From NCBI RefSeq assembly GCF_009834535.1, contig NC_045696.1, positions 57,414,001 to 57,478,000 of the forward strand: a stretch of 64,000 nucleotides of DNA. Reading direction: 5' to 3'. The notes under the pieces are model-generated. The model did not search any database. It was not told the origin of the DNA and saw nothing but the letters and a program-made list of their open reading frames with translations. This DNA comes from Camelus ferus. Taxonomy: Eukaryota. Position numbers and translations under genes: made by a program. Numbering within the stretch: the first letter of the stretch is position 1; each line of letters begins with the position of its first letter. Of the stretch, positions 12,195 to 23,101 are shown in pieces.

Positions 12195-14920
12195 TAAAAA
12201 TCAAAAAGAAATTAACCATAAACTAAACATGCAACTACTTTATGACTCAGTAATTTTACCCCTAAGCATTTATCTCAGAGCAGTGAAAACTTAAATTCAC
12301 ACAAAAACCTGTACATGAATGTTCTCAGCAGCTTGATTTTTAAGAGCCCAAAACTGGAATCAGTAAGGATATCCTTCAACAAGTAAATGGCTAATTTAAC
12401 TATGGTACAGGCATAACTTGTTTTATTGAGCTTTGCTGTATTGTGCTCCACAGATACTGCATTTTTCACAAATTAAAGGTCTGTGGTAACCCTGTGTCGA
12501 GCCAGTCTACTGGCATCATTTTTCCTAAAGTGTTTGTTCATGTCATGTCTGTCACATTTTGATAATTCTCACAATATTTCAAACTTTTTCACTATTCTCT
12601 GTTCTTTGTTATGGTCATCTGTGATCAGTGATCTTTGATGTTACTACTGTTCTGCTGTTATGCAGAAAGTTTTAGTGGTCTGAATACAAGATTAAATCAG
12701 TCATAACATTCCCTTAAACCAAAGCCTAATCCAGACAAAGGCCCTAACTCTCGTCAATGCTATGAAAGCTTAGAGAGATGAGGAAGCTGCAGAAGAAAAG
12801 TTTGAAGGTTGCAGAATTTAATTCATGAGACTGAAGGGAAGAAGCTGTCTCTAAAACATAAAAATACAAGGTAAAGCAGCAAATGCTGATGTAGAAGCTG
12901 CTGCAAGTTATCCAGATCTAGTAAAGATAATTAATGAAGCTGGCTATGCTAAACAACAGATTTTCAACACAGACAAAATAGCCTTCTATTGGAAAATGAT
13001 GCCATCTAGGAGTTTCACAGCTAGAGAGAGGTTAATGCCTGGCTTCAAAATTCAAAGGACAGTCTGACTCTCTGGTTAGAGGCTAATACAGCTGAAGACT
13101 TTAAGTTAAAGCCAATGCTCATTTACCATCTGAAAATCCTAGGGCTCTTAAGAATTATGTAAAATCTACTCTCTCTGTGCTCTATAAATGGAACAACAAA
13201 GTACATCTATTTACAACATGGTTTACTGAGTAAGCCCAGTGTTGAGACCTACTGGTCAGAAAAAAAGATCCCTTTCAAATTATTGCTGCTCACTGACAAT
13301 GCACCTGGTTATTCAAGAGCTCTGATGGAGATGTACAATGAAATTAAAGTTGTTTTCATGCCTGCTAACAAAATATCCATTCTGCACTCCATGGACCAAG
13401 GAGTAATCCCAACTCTCGAGTCTTAGTATTTAAGAAATATGTTTCATAAGGCTACAGCTATCAAAGATTCTTCTGATAGATCTGGGCAAAGTAAATTGAA
13501 AACCTTCTGGACAGGATTCACCATTCTAGATTCCATTAAAAATATTCATGCTTCATGAAAAGAGGTAAAGATTAACATTAAAAGGAGTTTGGGAGAAGAC
13601 GACTCCAATTCTCATGGATGACTTGGAGGGGTTCAAGACTTCAGTGGAAGAAGTAACTGCAGATGGGTGGAAATAGCAAGAGAACTAGAACTAAAACCAG
13701 AGTCTGATGATGTGACTGAATTGGGGAAATCTCAGGATAAATCTTGAACAGGTGAGGATGATCAAAGAAAGTGGTGTCTTGAGATGGAATCTGCTCCTGG
13801 TAAAATGCTATGAAGATTGCTGAAATGACAGCAAACCATTTAGAATATTACATAAACTTAGTTGATAAAGCAGTAGCAGGATTTTAGAGGACTGACTCTA
13901 ATTTTCAAAGAAATTCTACTGTAGGTAAAATGCTATCAAACAACACTGCATGCCACAGAGAAATTGTTCATGAAAGGAAGAGTCAATCAATGCAGCAAAC
14001 TTCATTTTTGTCTTAATTTTTTAAAATTGCCACAGCCACCCCAACTTCCAGCAACCACCACTCTGATCAGTCAGCAGCCACCACCAACAAGGCATGACCC
14101 TACACCAGCAAACAGATTATGGCTGAATGTTCAGATAGCATTTTTAGCAACAAAGCATTCTTTAATTAAGGTACATACATTTTTTAGACATAATGCTATT
14201 TCAACTTAAAAGACTACAGTATAGTGTAAACATAACTTTATATGTACTGGGAAACCAAAAAATTTGTGTGACTCATTTTATTGCAATATTAGCTTTATTG
14301 TGGTGGTCTGAAACTGAACCCACAATCTCTCTAAGGTATGCCTGTACCTACATACATACCATGGCATACTACTCAGCAATAAAAAGAAACAAACTACTGA
14401 TACACCCAACAATTTAGATGAATCTCCAGGAAATTATGCTGAATGAAAAAACAAAAGCCAATTCCAAAAGGTTACATGCTATATAATTCCATGCTTGTAT
14501 AATATTTTGAAATGACAAAATTTTAGAAATGGAGGACAAATTAGTGGTTACCAGTGCTTAGGGAGGAATTGGAGGTGGGAAAGTAGGAGGTGGTTGTAGC
14601 TATAAAACAGCAACACAAGGTATTCTGTGGTGTTGGAAACGTTCAAAACATTAACTGTGGTGGCGGACACAGAACCTTCACAGGTAATAAAACTGTATAG
14701 AACTTAACACATACATATACAAATAAAACTGGGGAATGTACTAATGTCAGTATCCTGGTTGTGATATTATACAACAGTTTTGTAAAGTGTTACCACTGAA
14801 GGAAACTGAACAAAATGCACAAAAAGGATCTCTCTGTATTATTTATTACAATTCTATAAAATCTGTAATTGAATCTACAAGTGAATTTACAATTATCTCA
14901 GTTTTTAAAAAGAAAAAGAA
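12195..14920 (+). mobile_element. L1MC/MD-type 3' end (12195-12407 and 14345-14920), split by Tigger1
   Basis: The L1 motif AACTATGGTA|...|TACCTACATACATACCATGGCATACTACTCAGCAATAAAAAG is rejoined when Tigger1 is removed. Confidence 0.8.
12408..14344 (+). mobile_element. Tigger1 (TcMar) DNA transposon with both ends, internally deleted near 12650, transposase decayed
   Basis: TA|CAGGCATAACTTG...CTAAGGTATGCCTG|TA terminal inverted repeats with TA duplication. Internal pogo-type transposase remnants ([21 protein letters not shown]). Confidence 0.95.
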
Positions 14921-14924
14921 TTGA

Positions 14925-17010
14925 ACTAAATGTGATATCTTATGATAGTATCCCAGAACAGAAAAAGGACATCAATGGAGAAATAAGTGAAATCCAAACA
15001 AAGTATGGAGTTTAGTTAATAGTAACATGTCAGTGTTGGTTTCTTAAATTTGATTAATGCACTTTGCAATTGTAACATGTAAACATTAGAGAATACTGGG
15101 TAAGGGGCTTACTGAACTCTTAACTATCTTTGCATATCTTCTAATAAATTTAAAATTACTCACAATTGTTTATTTTAAAAAAATTCAAAAAATAGACAGT
15201 AAAAAAGGAATCAAGAGAAAGTGATAAATGTTGAAGATAAGCAATGAGGATAATCAGATTCCCTGAAAAAGACAACCAAAGCAAAGATACAGAATACACA
15301 CAAAAAAACAAAATCCAAGAGAACTTATCTGAATTTTAAAAGATTTTCAGTTACACACTGAAAGGGCCACCATGTATCTGAAAATACCAACCCAGAATGA
15401 CCAATAAGGCATTCTAGTAAAATTAATGGACTTAAAAAAATTCTTTGAGATTTAGGCCAAAATATTATGACTTGTAAGTTTAAAAAAAGACAAAAAAGAC
15501 TATAATCAGACTTTTCAACAGCAAATGCTTGCCAGAAAAAATGGACTTATAGATTTGAGATATTTAAAAAAAGAAAATGTGAGCCAAGGATTCTATTTCC
15601 AGCAAAAGTGACCTTCAGATATAAAGAGCACAGACAGAATGTTATAAACTTGCAAGAAAATTCATGAAAAAAATTTCCTAGGAGCCTTTCCTAAGGCATC
15701 TATTAGAGAGAAAGCTTGAAACAACCAAAATGACTGAAGAAACATCATCATAAGATCTAGTAGTGAGCATTAAACATGTTACTCATAGGACTAGGACCGG
15801 GATAGAGAGAGTAGAGTATTTATTTAATGATTATATGCACTGACAATATATACAGCTCCAATAAACAGAACTGAGGAAAATGTGAATAGTGTATGTAAAA
15901 AAAAACTTAAGAAATTGTTTCTAACAACCAAAATTAGTAGTGGTTATCAACAGTGTTATTACTCCTGGACTATTTTATGTGTCATGTGGAATTAAAGTGA
16001 GTAATTACGAGCATAGTAATTCTACCATATTTTCATTATGAAAAAGGAGATACACATATAATACAGATGAAATTATGAAACCCAAAATAAAAACCTTGAA
16101 TTTGAATCAAAAATATCAATATGAACCTACGAAGTATTTTACCTTAGTAAATATATTTTCTTAGCTCTGTCCACTGAAAAGGCTGAAAACGATGACAAAC
16201 TGAGAAGCAATAAACATCTTTAGCACCTAGATTAGGGTCTTGAAATATTATTCCCCATTTAAAAATTTTTTTTAAATAGGAAGGCTTCTAAGACAAATGG
16301 CTGATTCCAGTTCTGAACCAGGAAATGAATAAAACGAGCCTGAAAAATCTTGTCATACAAAATAGCAAGGAAGCTATCAAAGATAGCCTATGTCAAAGGA
16401 CCCAGGAGACAAACTGAAGCGGTTCTTACAAGCCAAAGGAACAACTGAGTTTCTAATAAGAATATGAGCTAAACTGCAACAGATTAAAAATCTACGAAAC
16501 ATATTTAAATCCACAGGTTCATAATAATAATAAACTGGTCATCTGAACTAAGTATCATAAAAAAACGAGGTAAGTACAAGGATTTATATTGCCTTTTCTA
16601 TCGGGACTTAACCATTTAGGAAGCAAATAGTGGATTAGGGGACACATTTTGTAAAATTATTCCAGCTAATGAAAACAAATGGTAGAACTGGAGTATCTCA
16701 TGTAATATTTTGTAACTCCTAATAAATTCATGAATCTAGACACTGAACAGCCACAGCTGCTATCCTCAAAAAAGAGCAAAACCAGATACCCTGTGCCTCT
16801 TGATGAAGGAACACCACCACCTGTATAGTCTTGCCAAAGGGACTGACCATCAGTCTGGTGAAGCCTCTGGATTGGCTGTCAATTTCCGGGAAATGGAGAA
16901 GACAGAGGAATACGTTGAACTGCCCCACTGAAAGTGCAATTCCCAGACTGTGGGAAAGTACACAGGTGAAGAGTCCTAAGTTCTGCAACAGAAACTGAAA
17001 AGACCTCAGA
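14925..17010 (+). mobile_element. Composite of old L1MC/ME 3' fragments and a HAL1-like ORF1 relic (~15190-15800)
   Basis: ORF1-like motif TGTGAGCCAAGGATTCTATTTCCAGCAAAAGTGACCTTCAGATATAAAG, homologous to the 2310-3200 relic. L1M 3' UTR motifs lie on both sides. Boundaries approximate. Confidence 0.6.
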
Positions 17011-17269
17011 GTGGTATGCTCTAGATCAAATCTTTTGCATGTCACCATTAACCAAGAAGATTGTGATGGATACGTAATTTCTACCGTGAAAATATGATAT
17101 CACTTTCCAAATATAAAATTAAAATCCTGAATGTTTTTTCAAACTAAAACTGCCCCCAACAATCCACCATTACCACACATAAGATTCGGAGGCATCCTCC
17201 CTAGAAGGGTGTGTCTCCATCAGCATCCTATGAATTACTGCACATGAAGGACATACAGATGAACACAGG

Positions 17270-17450
17270 ATAATGATAATATGAATGGTAACAACTACCG
17301 AGCAATATGTATCAGACACTCTATATACATTTCTCTCTAATCCTTACAAAATCTGCAAGGTAGGTATTATCATCATCCCCATTTTATAGATGAATAAAAC
17401 TGATACTCAGAGAAACTGACATTTCAAGGTCCCTCAGCTAAATAAGCATT
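17270..17450 (-). mobile_element. MIR SINE
   Basis: MIR core in reverse: CCCCATTTTATAGATGAATAAAACTGATACTCAGAG. Confidence 0.75.
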
Positions 17451-17624
17451 ATTGAATAAGATAGACGGTCTTTCAATGGAAGATGGGTTTTCTCACATAA
17501 CTGTTTAAAAATCTGTATATTTGAAGAAAGGAAAGTTCAGTATCAGGGAAGGACCATTTCAGGCCAAAGTAAAAGGAATTTCTCACAGACTGAGTCAACA
17601 ATCTGAGAGGTCCATGAGAAAGTA

Positions 17625-17760
17625 GATGGCACAGTGGAAAGAGCACCAAATTGGGAGCCAGGAACTGAGTTTTCAGTCCTGTCTCCAACACAAAAAAGTT
17701 GTATTATACTGGGTAAGTCACTTTACAGTTTCCTCACCTTAAAATAAAGAATAGTAGCAA
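17625..17760 (+). mobile_element. MIR SINE
   Basis: GGCACAGTGGAAAGAGCAC...CTGGGTAAGTCACTTTACAGTTTCCTCACCTTAAAAT. Confidence 0.7.
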
Positions 17761-19199
17761 GGAGCATTCTATTGCCCAGTATTATGACCCAATGATGCAA
17801 GAGTGATTTCTATAGCTGTTGACATTAAAGGAATAACAAGGAAATGTAAATGGGAAGGGCATCCCAGGCACAGTTAAGTGCTTTAAGTTAGCTCAGAGGT
17901 TGGGAACTTGAGGGCAAAAGAGCCACTAAGCAGCCATGCTTAAGCTAAATGAAGAAGGAAGGATCTCCCTCTCTGATAGGCTCACTGTAGGACAGAAATG
18001 GGCAGATGTATATATAAAAATTAGTAAAGGGGAAAATATATAGTAATAAATTCATGTAAGGAATATCTATTACTGCTGGACATGCAATGCTCTTGCTACT
18101 GTTTTATAAAGCACCAGAGTCATGAGTAGCAACTTGGGGAAAGAATAAAATAAAGAGCTTCATGCCAAATCCACCCTTCCATAAAATATTTAGGCAAATA
18201 AAACAATCCCTCAGAGTCAGTGCTGGCCACACCTTCTACAAACCCTGCCACAAGATCTGGACACTTGTGTGTTGAGGCAGTACTTAAAATTCAGTGAGTC
18301 TTATTTTCTGTCTTCACTGCTGTCAATAATTATTCTCAAAATATTTACTTGGTGTAGAGCATTATCCTGGGAGCCACAAAAATCTGAAAAGAAATACAAG
18401 GCATGTCCCTAACCACAGAGAACTTAGTACAAACACATAGGACAACAAAAGTAACTGAAGACAGTGAGCGCATGCTTGTGCTACATGCAATCGCACAATT
18501 TGCTTTGGAATTTAAATCACATTTTTCCCACAAAGACAACAACACAGGAAATGGTTGTATTTCCAGGTCACTCCTCAAACTTATTTAATGCATATTTAGT
18601 TGAGTCTCAGTAGTTTTCGTTAATTTTAAGTGATTCTCAACCAGTTTGAGAAACTGATAGGAAATGGTGCTATATCGCTGGGAAAAGCATATGCAACATT
18701 ATAATTTTACAATTAGAAAATGAAAAACTATTTTTTATGCCATAAAAAAACTGTTTTCATTAACCAAATTTAGAAGTAAATAGTAGCTATAACTGATATA
18801 CACAGTACCATGCACTACAAACTGATCAAATCTCATCATTTTACTCATTTTATTATTAAAACAACCCCAAGGAGGAATTCTATCAATATCCCCAGTATTA
18901 AGGTGAGTAAACTAAGGCATAGGCAGGTTAAGTAATTTTCCCAGACCCAGAGCTCAACAAAGCTTCTTAGCTGGTAGAGATACAGAAGATAACCAATTTT
19001 CTGAGTACCTTCATCACCCAGCATTCTTCACTGGGGCTTAAAACAGAGCTAGAGGCATAAGGGCACTCATATACTTATGTATACTTACAGTTATATAAGC
19101 ACTGTTTCCCCAGCAGTACACAGACTAAAATGAGATGACTCAGAGTAGGAGGGCCCCAAAGAACTCCATACTGTTTATACCATACACAGGCTCATGCAA

Positions 19200-19800
19200 G
19201 GACACAAAGATAAATGTACATGGACAGACACTTCAGCAGTGTTTGTGATGGCTAATGACTGAAAACAATCTCAATGTCCATCAATAGGGGACAGGCTGAC
19301 TATATTTTGATATTTCTAGAAGGGAATGCTGCCAGTCTTTTAAAAGAATGAGAATTTTATACATACGAATATGGAAAAAAAACCCTAATTTAAGTATAAA
19401 GTCACAAAAAAAACCAAAAGGTGTAGAGTAGCAGGTATATTATAATTCAACTTGTGTGAGAAAGAAAAGGAGCAGTTGAATGTGGTTGAATATGATCAGA
19501 AAGTTTCTTAAGAACAAATTATTTACAGTGCTTACTTCTGGGAAGTAGGGAATGGGGAAAAGGGTCAGTACATAGAAGAGAAAGAGACTTTTGTTTTATC
19601 CTTTTGCATTGAATTTAATTTTACCAAAAGCACATATCACTAATTTTAAAATAGCTAATTAATATGAAAATGAATTTGTATGTTCATGTATGACTGAAGC
19701 ATTATGCTGTACACCAGAAACTGACACAACACTGTAAACTGACTATACTTCAATAAAAATATATATTAAAAAATTAAATTAAATTAAAAAATAAAATAAA
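19200..19800 (+). mobile_element. Old L1ME 3' fragment followed by a short younger L1 tail (~19665-19800)
   Basis: AATGTCCATCAATAGGGGAC L1 motif, then GTATGTTCATGTATGACTGAAGCATTATGCTGTACACCAGAAACTGACACAACACTGTAAACTGACTATACTTCAATAAAAA, which parallels 1501-1580. Confidence 0.7.
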
Positions 19801-20229
19801 GTGGCTTAATTAAAGATACAGTATTATAGAGCTAACATCCTTTCATATAGTGGTTCCTAACAATAGACTAGTATGTAATGATCAGTGGTAAGATATGTCC
19901 CCCCAAGTTTATAATAGTAGTTAAGCTAGAGAAGTTTATGAATGATTTATTTTTTATAAACAAGAATAAAATCAACATCCCTTTAACTAATCTTCTAATG
20001 CAAAGGGGAAAAAAGAGACACTTAAGATTCAAGCAAAAGGAAAAAAGAATAATATCCAAAAGATGATTATTTTTAGGAGAGGCTGGATCCCAGAGGAATA
20101 GAGGTCCTCAAAAAAAAAACAAAACAAAACAAAAAAAAAAAAAACGATTCCCCTAATCTGGAATCCTCAGAGACGCAAACATCTTCTCAGAAAATAAGGA
20201 AACACCTTTATGTGATCTCCAAATTGGGC

Positions 20230-20420
20230 TGGGAGTGTCCCAGGAAATGACAAGAATTTTTTTCATCCTTTTAAATGTATGTTTTTGTATATTTTATAAG
20301 TAACACATTTACAGTGCTATTTATATATTATTCATAATTAAATATACAGTACTTAGAAGATGGTTGCTCAAAATGTTTTACTGATAGGGCAAGCAATTTA
20401 AAAAGTTGGAAACTACTGAT
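20230..20420 (+). mobile_element. hAT-Charlie fragment (Charlie4a-like)
   Basis: End TGCTCAAAATGTTTTACTGATAGGGC...AAAAAGTTGGAAACTACTG resembles the Charlie4a terminus as I recall it. Confidence 0.5.
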
Positions 20421-21039
20421 GTAGTCCAACAAACTTAATGCAGTGAAAAGGAAAGCATTAAATAGTCATTTCATGGTCAAGAGATGAAAAATAAAAGCTG
20501 TGAAACAGTGTACAATGTCTGCAATTTTTGAATTCTCTTCAACTTTTCCTATATCTATTCCATGACCATATCCTGCCATTTTCCAAAGAACATTTCCTCA
20601 TTTTGACCATTCATAATCATGCTGACTATCCAGATTTAATATTTCATGTTTCTGAAAAGGCCTCCGGTCTTTCTGTAGGGAGTTCTCCACTGCCATCTTG
20701 CATAGAACTGTGAGATTCTTTACAAGCTCAGAAAGCTTCCAACTATTTCCAAAAGTGAAAGTACGTATCCAGAGACTTTTAAATATCCCTGTCCCACTCG
20801 CAAATTGTCCTCCCCCTACAGACCAGCTGGAGCCCTTTAAATAAGTCAGACAAACATATTCCTCATTTGTCGAGGGGTTTATCCTCTCCTTCACACTCCC
20901 GCTCCAGCAGAATTAACATCCTCCACACCACCATGTCAAGTTCTTTTTCCTCCAGAACTCTCTTCAGGGTTCCCTTTCCTCTTACAGCCTGCCTACCTCT
21001 GACTCCTCGGATCTTAGTGTTGATAGGGTAGCAAAGATC

Positions 21040-22120
21040 ATCCCTCTCTCCGAATCTCTCCAATCTCTTCAGCAACGCATTAGTAGGATTGTTCGACAGG
21101 CCCTCGTTTGCGTTAATATCTCCAATATTTCCGTGATCTGCGCCCTCAAGACCTTCGATCTGTTTGGGTCCCGCCTCCCCTTCCCGACACTAAGTTTGTT
21201 TAGGGCTTGGGCGCAGGGGCCGGGCAGGTTCTCTCCGACGTCAGCTGCTGCGTACACAGGTCGGCCTGAGCAGGCCGCTCAGGGAACAAGGCCGTGCGGA
21301 CAGGACTGACCCAAGCGCCTTTCTCCGTCGCTCCTGGAGGAGAAAGGTCCTAGAGAGGGGGCAGACCAAGCATATGTGCCCGGAGGCAGCCGAAGCCCTC
21401 CGGAGGGGCCAGCTGGCGTGTGGACTATTAAAAGTAGGCCTGCTAGGTGAAGGGAGGCAGGCTGAAAGGCCGGATCCGGGACTGAATCGGGAGAGGAGGG
21501 AGGGGAGGGTACCCGAGTGTAGCTGCTTTGGCAGCCCCGCGGGGCCTGTAGTAGCGGTGACCGTTACAAGACTCAAGGAGGGGAGGAGTTGGGGAGCGTC
21601 CCCCACTCACCTGGAAGAGACTGTCGCCGGAGACTCCAGCTACCCCCCTCCCAAATTGAAGCCACGTCAGCTCGGGAATCCCGTAGGCGACACCTACCAC
21701 CGCCGCGCCCCGCCAAGGGACTCAACCACTCGCAGCTGGGACGGAAGATGGGATTGGAATATGGACCAATCAGAACTATCCGCAGAGCGTTACCAGGGAG
21801 ACCAGGCACGCCTTGTTTGTAACTAACCCATCAACAATAACGGAAACCAATCAACGTCAGGAAATGCTCCGCTTCCTCAAAGAAACAGCCAATAGACTCT
21901 AAAGAGTGGAGGGGGGCGGGGTCAGACGCAAGCAAGTGCTCCGGAAGAAAATGTGGGGAAGAGCCGGAAATGCCCGGGGAAAGGGCGGGCGTTCTAGGAA
22001 AGGTCAGGTGTTTACAAAGTGAAGTGGGTCGGCCGATTTCTTTTAATTCCTCGGCAGGGTTGGCGGTGACTGAACTATGGCTTGGGCTTTTGCAGAGACA
22101 CCGCACAGCGGGAACCAACT
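21040..22120. promoter_or_regulatory. CpG island and GOLGB1 promoter (TATA-less; NF-Y, SP, ETS, CRE/UPRE motifs)
   Basis: The only CpG-dense kilobase in the window. CCAAT/ATTGG at 21753, 21766, 21847, 21889; GGGGCGGGG ~21913; CCGGAA at ~21940 and ~21964; TGACGT (minus) at ~21240, ~21666, ~21856. Confidence 0.9.
21611..21740 (-). other. GOLGB1: GOLGB1 non-coding exon 1 (5' boundary/TSS approximate)
   Basis: Consensus donor CAG|GTGAGT at 21611/21610 inside the CpG island, just downstream of the CCAAT cluster. No ATG in the exon. Confidence 0.8.
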
Positions 22121-22863
22121 ACCATAAGAATTGTTGAATGAGCTGTGAGAAGGGAGTGAGGGTGTGGGTTTTGTTCTAGAGTCTTAAAATATTAGAGCCA
22201 GGAAGGTAGGTCGTCTAATATGATCTTTTCATTTTGCTGATAACAAATGAGAATCAGATTAAAGTGACTCGCCCGAAGACAAACAGCGATTTACTAATGA
22301 AACTCGGACTAGAACCTGGCATCTATATGAAAGAATCAGAGATGTTTCTAAGGACATGAGTGAGAGAGAGAGAGAATAGTGAATACTAGGAAATACCTTT
22401 TAGAAAATGGTGCTTGAACTATCCCTTAAGCAGAGAGTGAGAGTGGAGGGCTCCGGTCCTGGAATAGGAGTCAGTGAGAAGCTTCAGTAACAGTCACAGA
22501 AAATATGCATGCTCTCCTTAAGCCCCTAAGGAAAAGGGAAAAAGTAGTCAGGTCCTGTGATTTCAGGCACTCTCTTGACAACGAATAGTATTTTGAATTA
22601 TTCTTGAGTCATACTGTGTGCAAGGCACTGAGCTGCTCACTCACTATATGCATCCTCACACTAATGCTTACATAATCCTTTGAAGTTCAAACATCAGCTC
22701 AGTTAGGCCTTTGCTGACTACCCATCTAAAAATCATAGTCCCCTGTACTTACTGTGTACTGTTCTTGGACCCAGAGTTATAGCTGAGATCAAGAGACAAA
22801 CATTCCTGCCCTTTTGAAACTAATAATCTAGTGAGGAGAGAGAAAATAAAGATTAGTAACATA

Positions 22864-23101
22864 CAGTTGGCCATTGAACAACACAGGTATGAATTGCAGG
22901 GTTCCACTTATACAGTGATTTGTTTTCAATAATAAATACTATAGTTCTACACCATCTGGCCTGTGGCTGGTTGAACCTGGGAATACAGAACCACCTATAA
23001 CAAAGAAACACCTACCAGGAGAACCGACTATAATTTATTCTGGGATTTACGATTGCAGAGAGACAGTGGCCCTAATCCCCACATTGTTCAAGAGTCAGCT
23101 G
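22864..23101. mobile_element. Tigger2-family MITE (MER8/Tigger2a-like), 238 bp, inserted in an L2 relic
   Basis: TA|CAGTTGGCCATTGAACAAC...ATTGTTCAAGAGTCAGCTG|TA: TIRs plus TA duplication. Confidence 0.85.

Noticed and set aside
12660..14000. Possible domesticated pogo/TIGD transposase gene
   Set aside because: Multiple stops and frameshifts, a missing 5' part and retained TIRs: an ordinary Tigger1 fossil.
17270..17760. Oppositely oriented MIR pair as a dsRNA hairpin
   Set aside because: The copies are too diverged and overlap only partly in consensus coordinates.
21241..22118. Overlapping 77-150 aa ORFs on both strands
   Set aside because: Expected stop-poor frames in a GC-rich CpG island; no recognisable protein.
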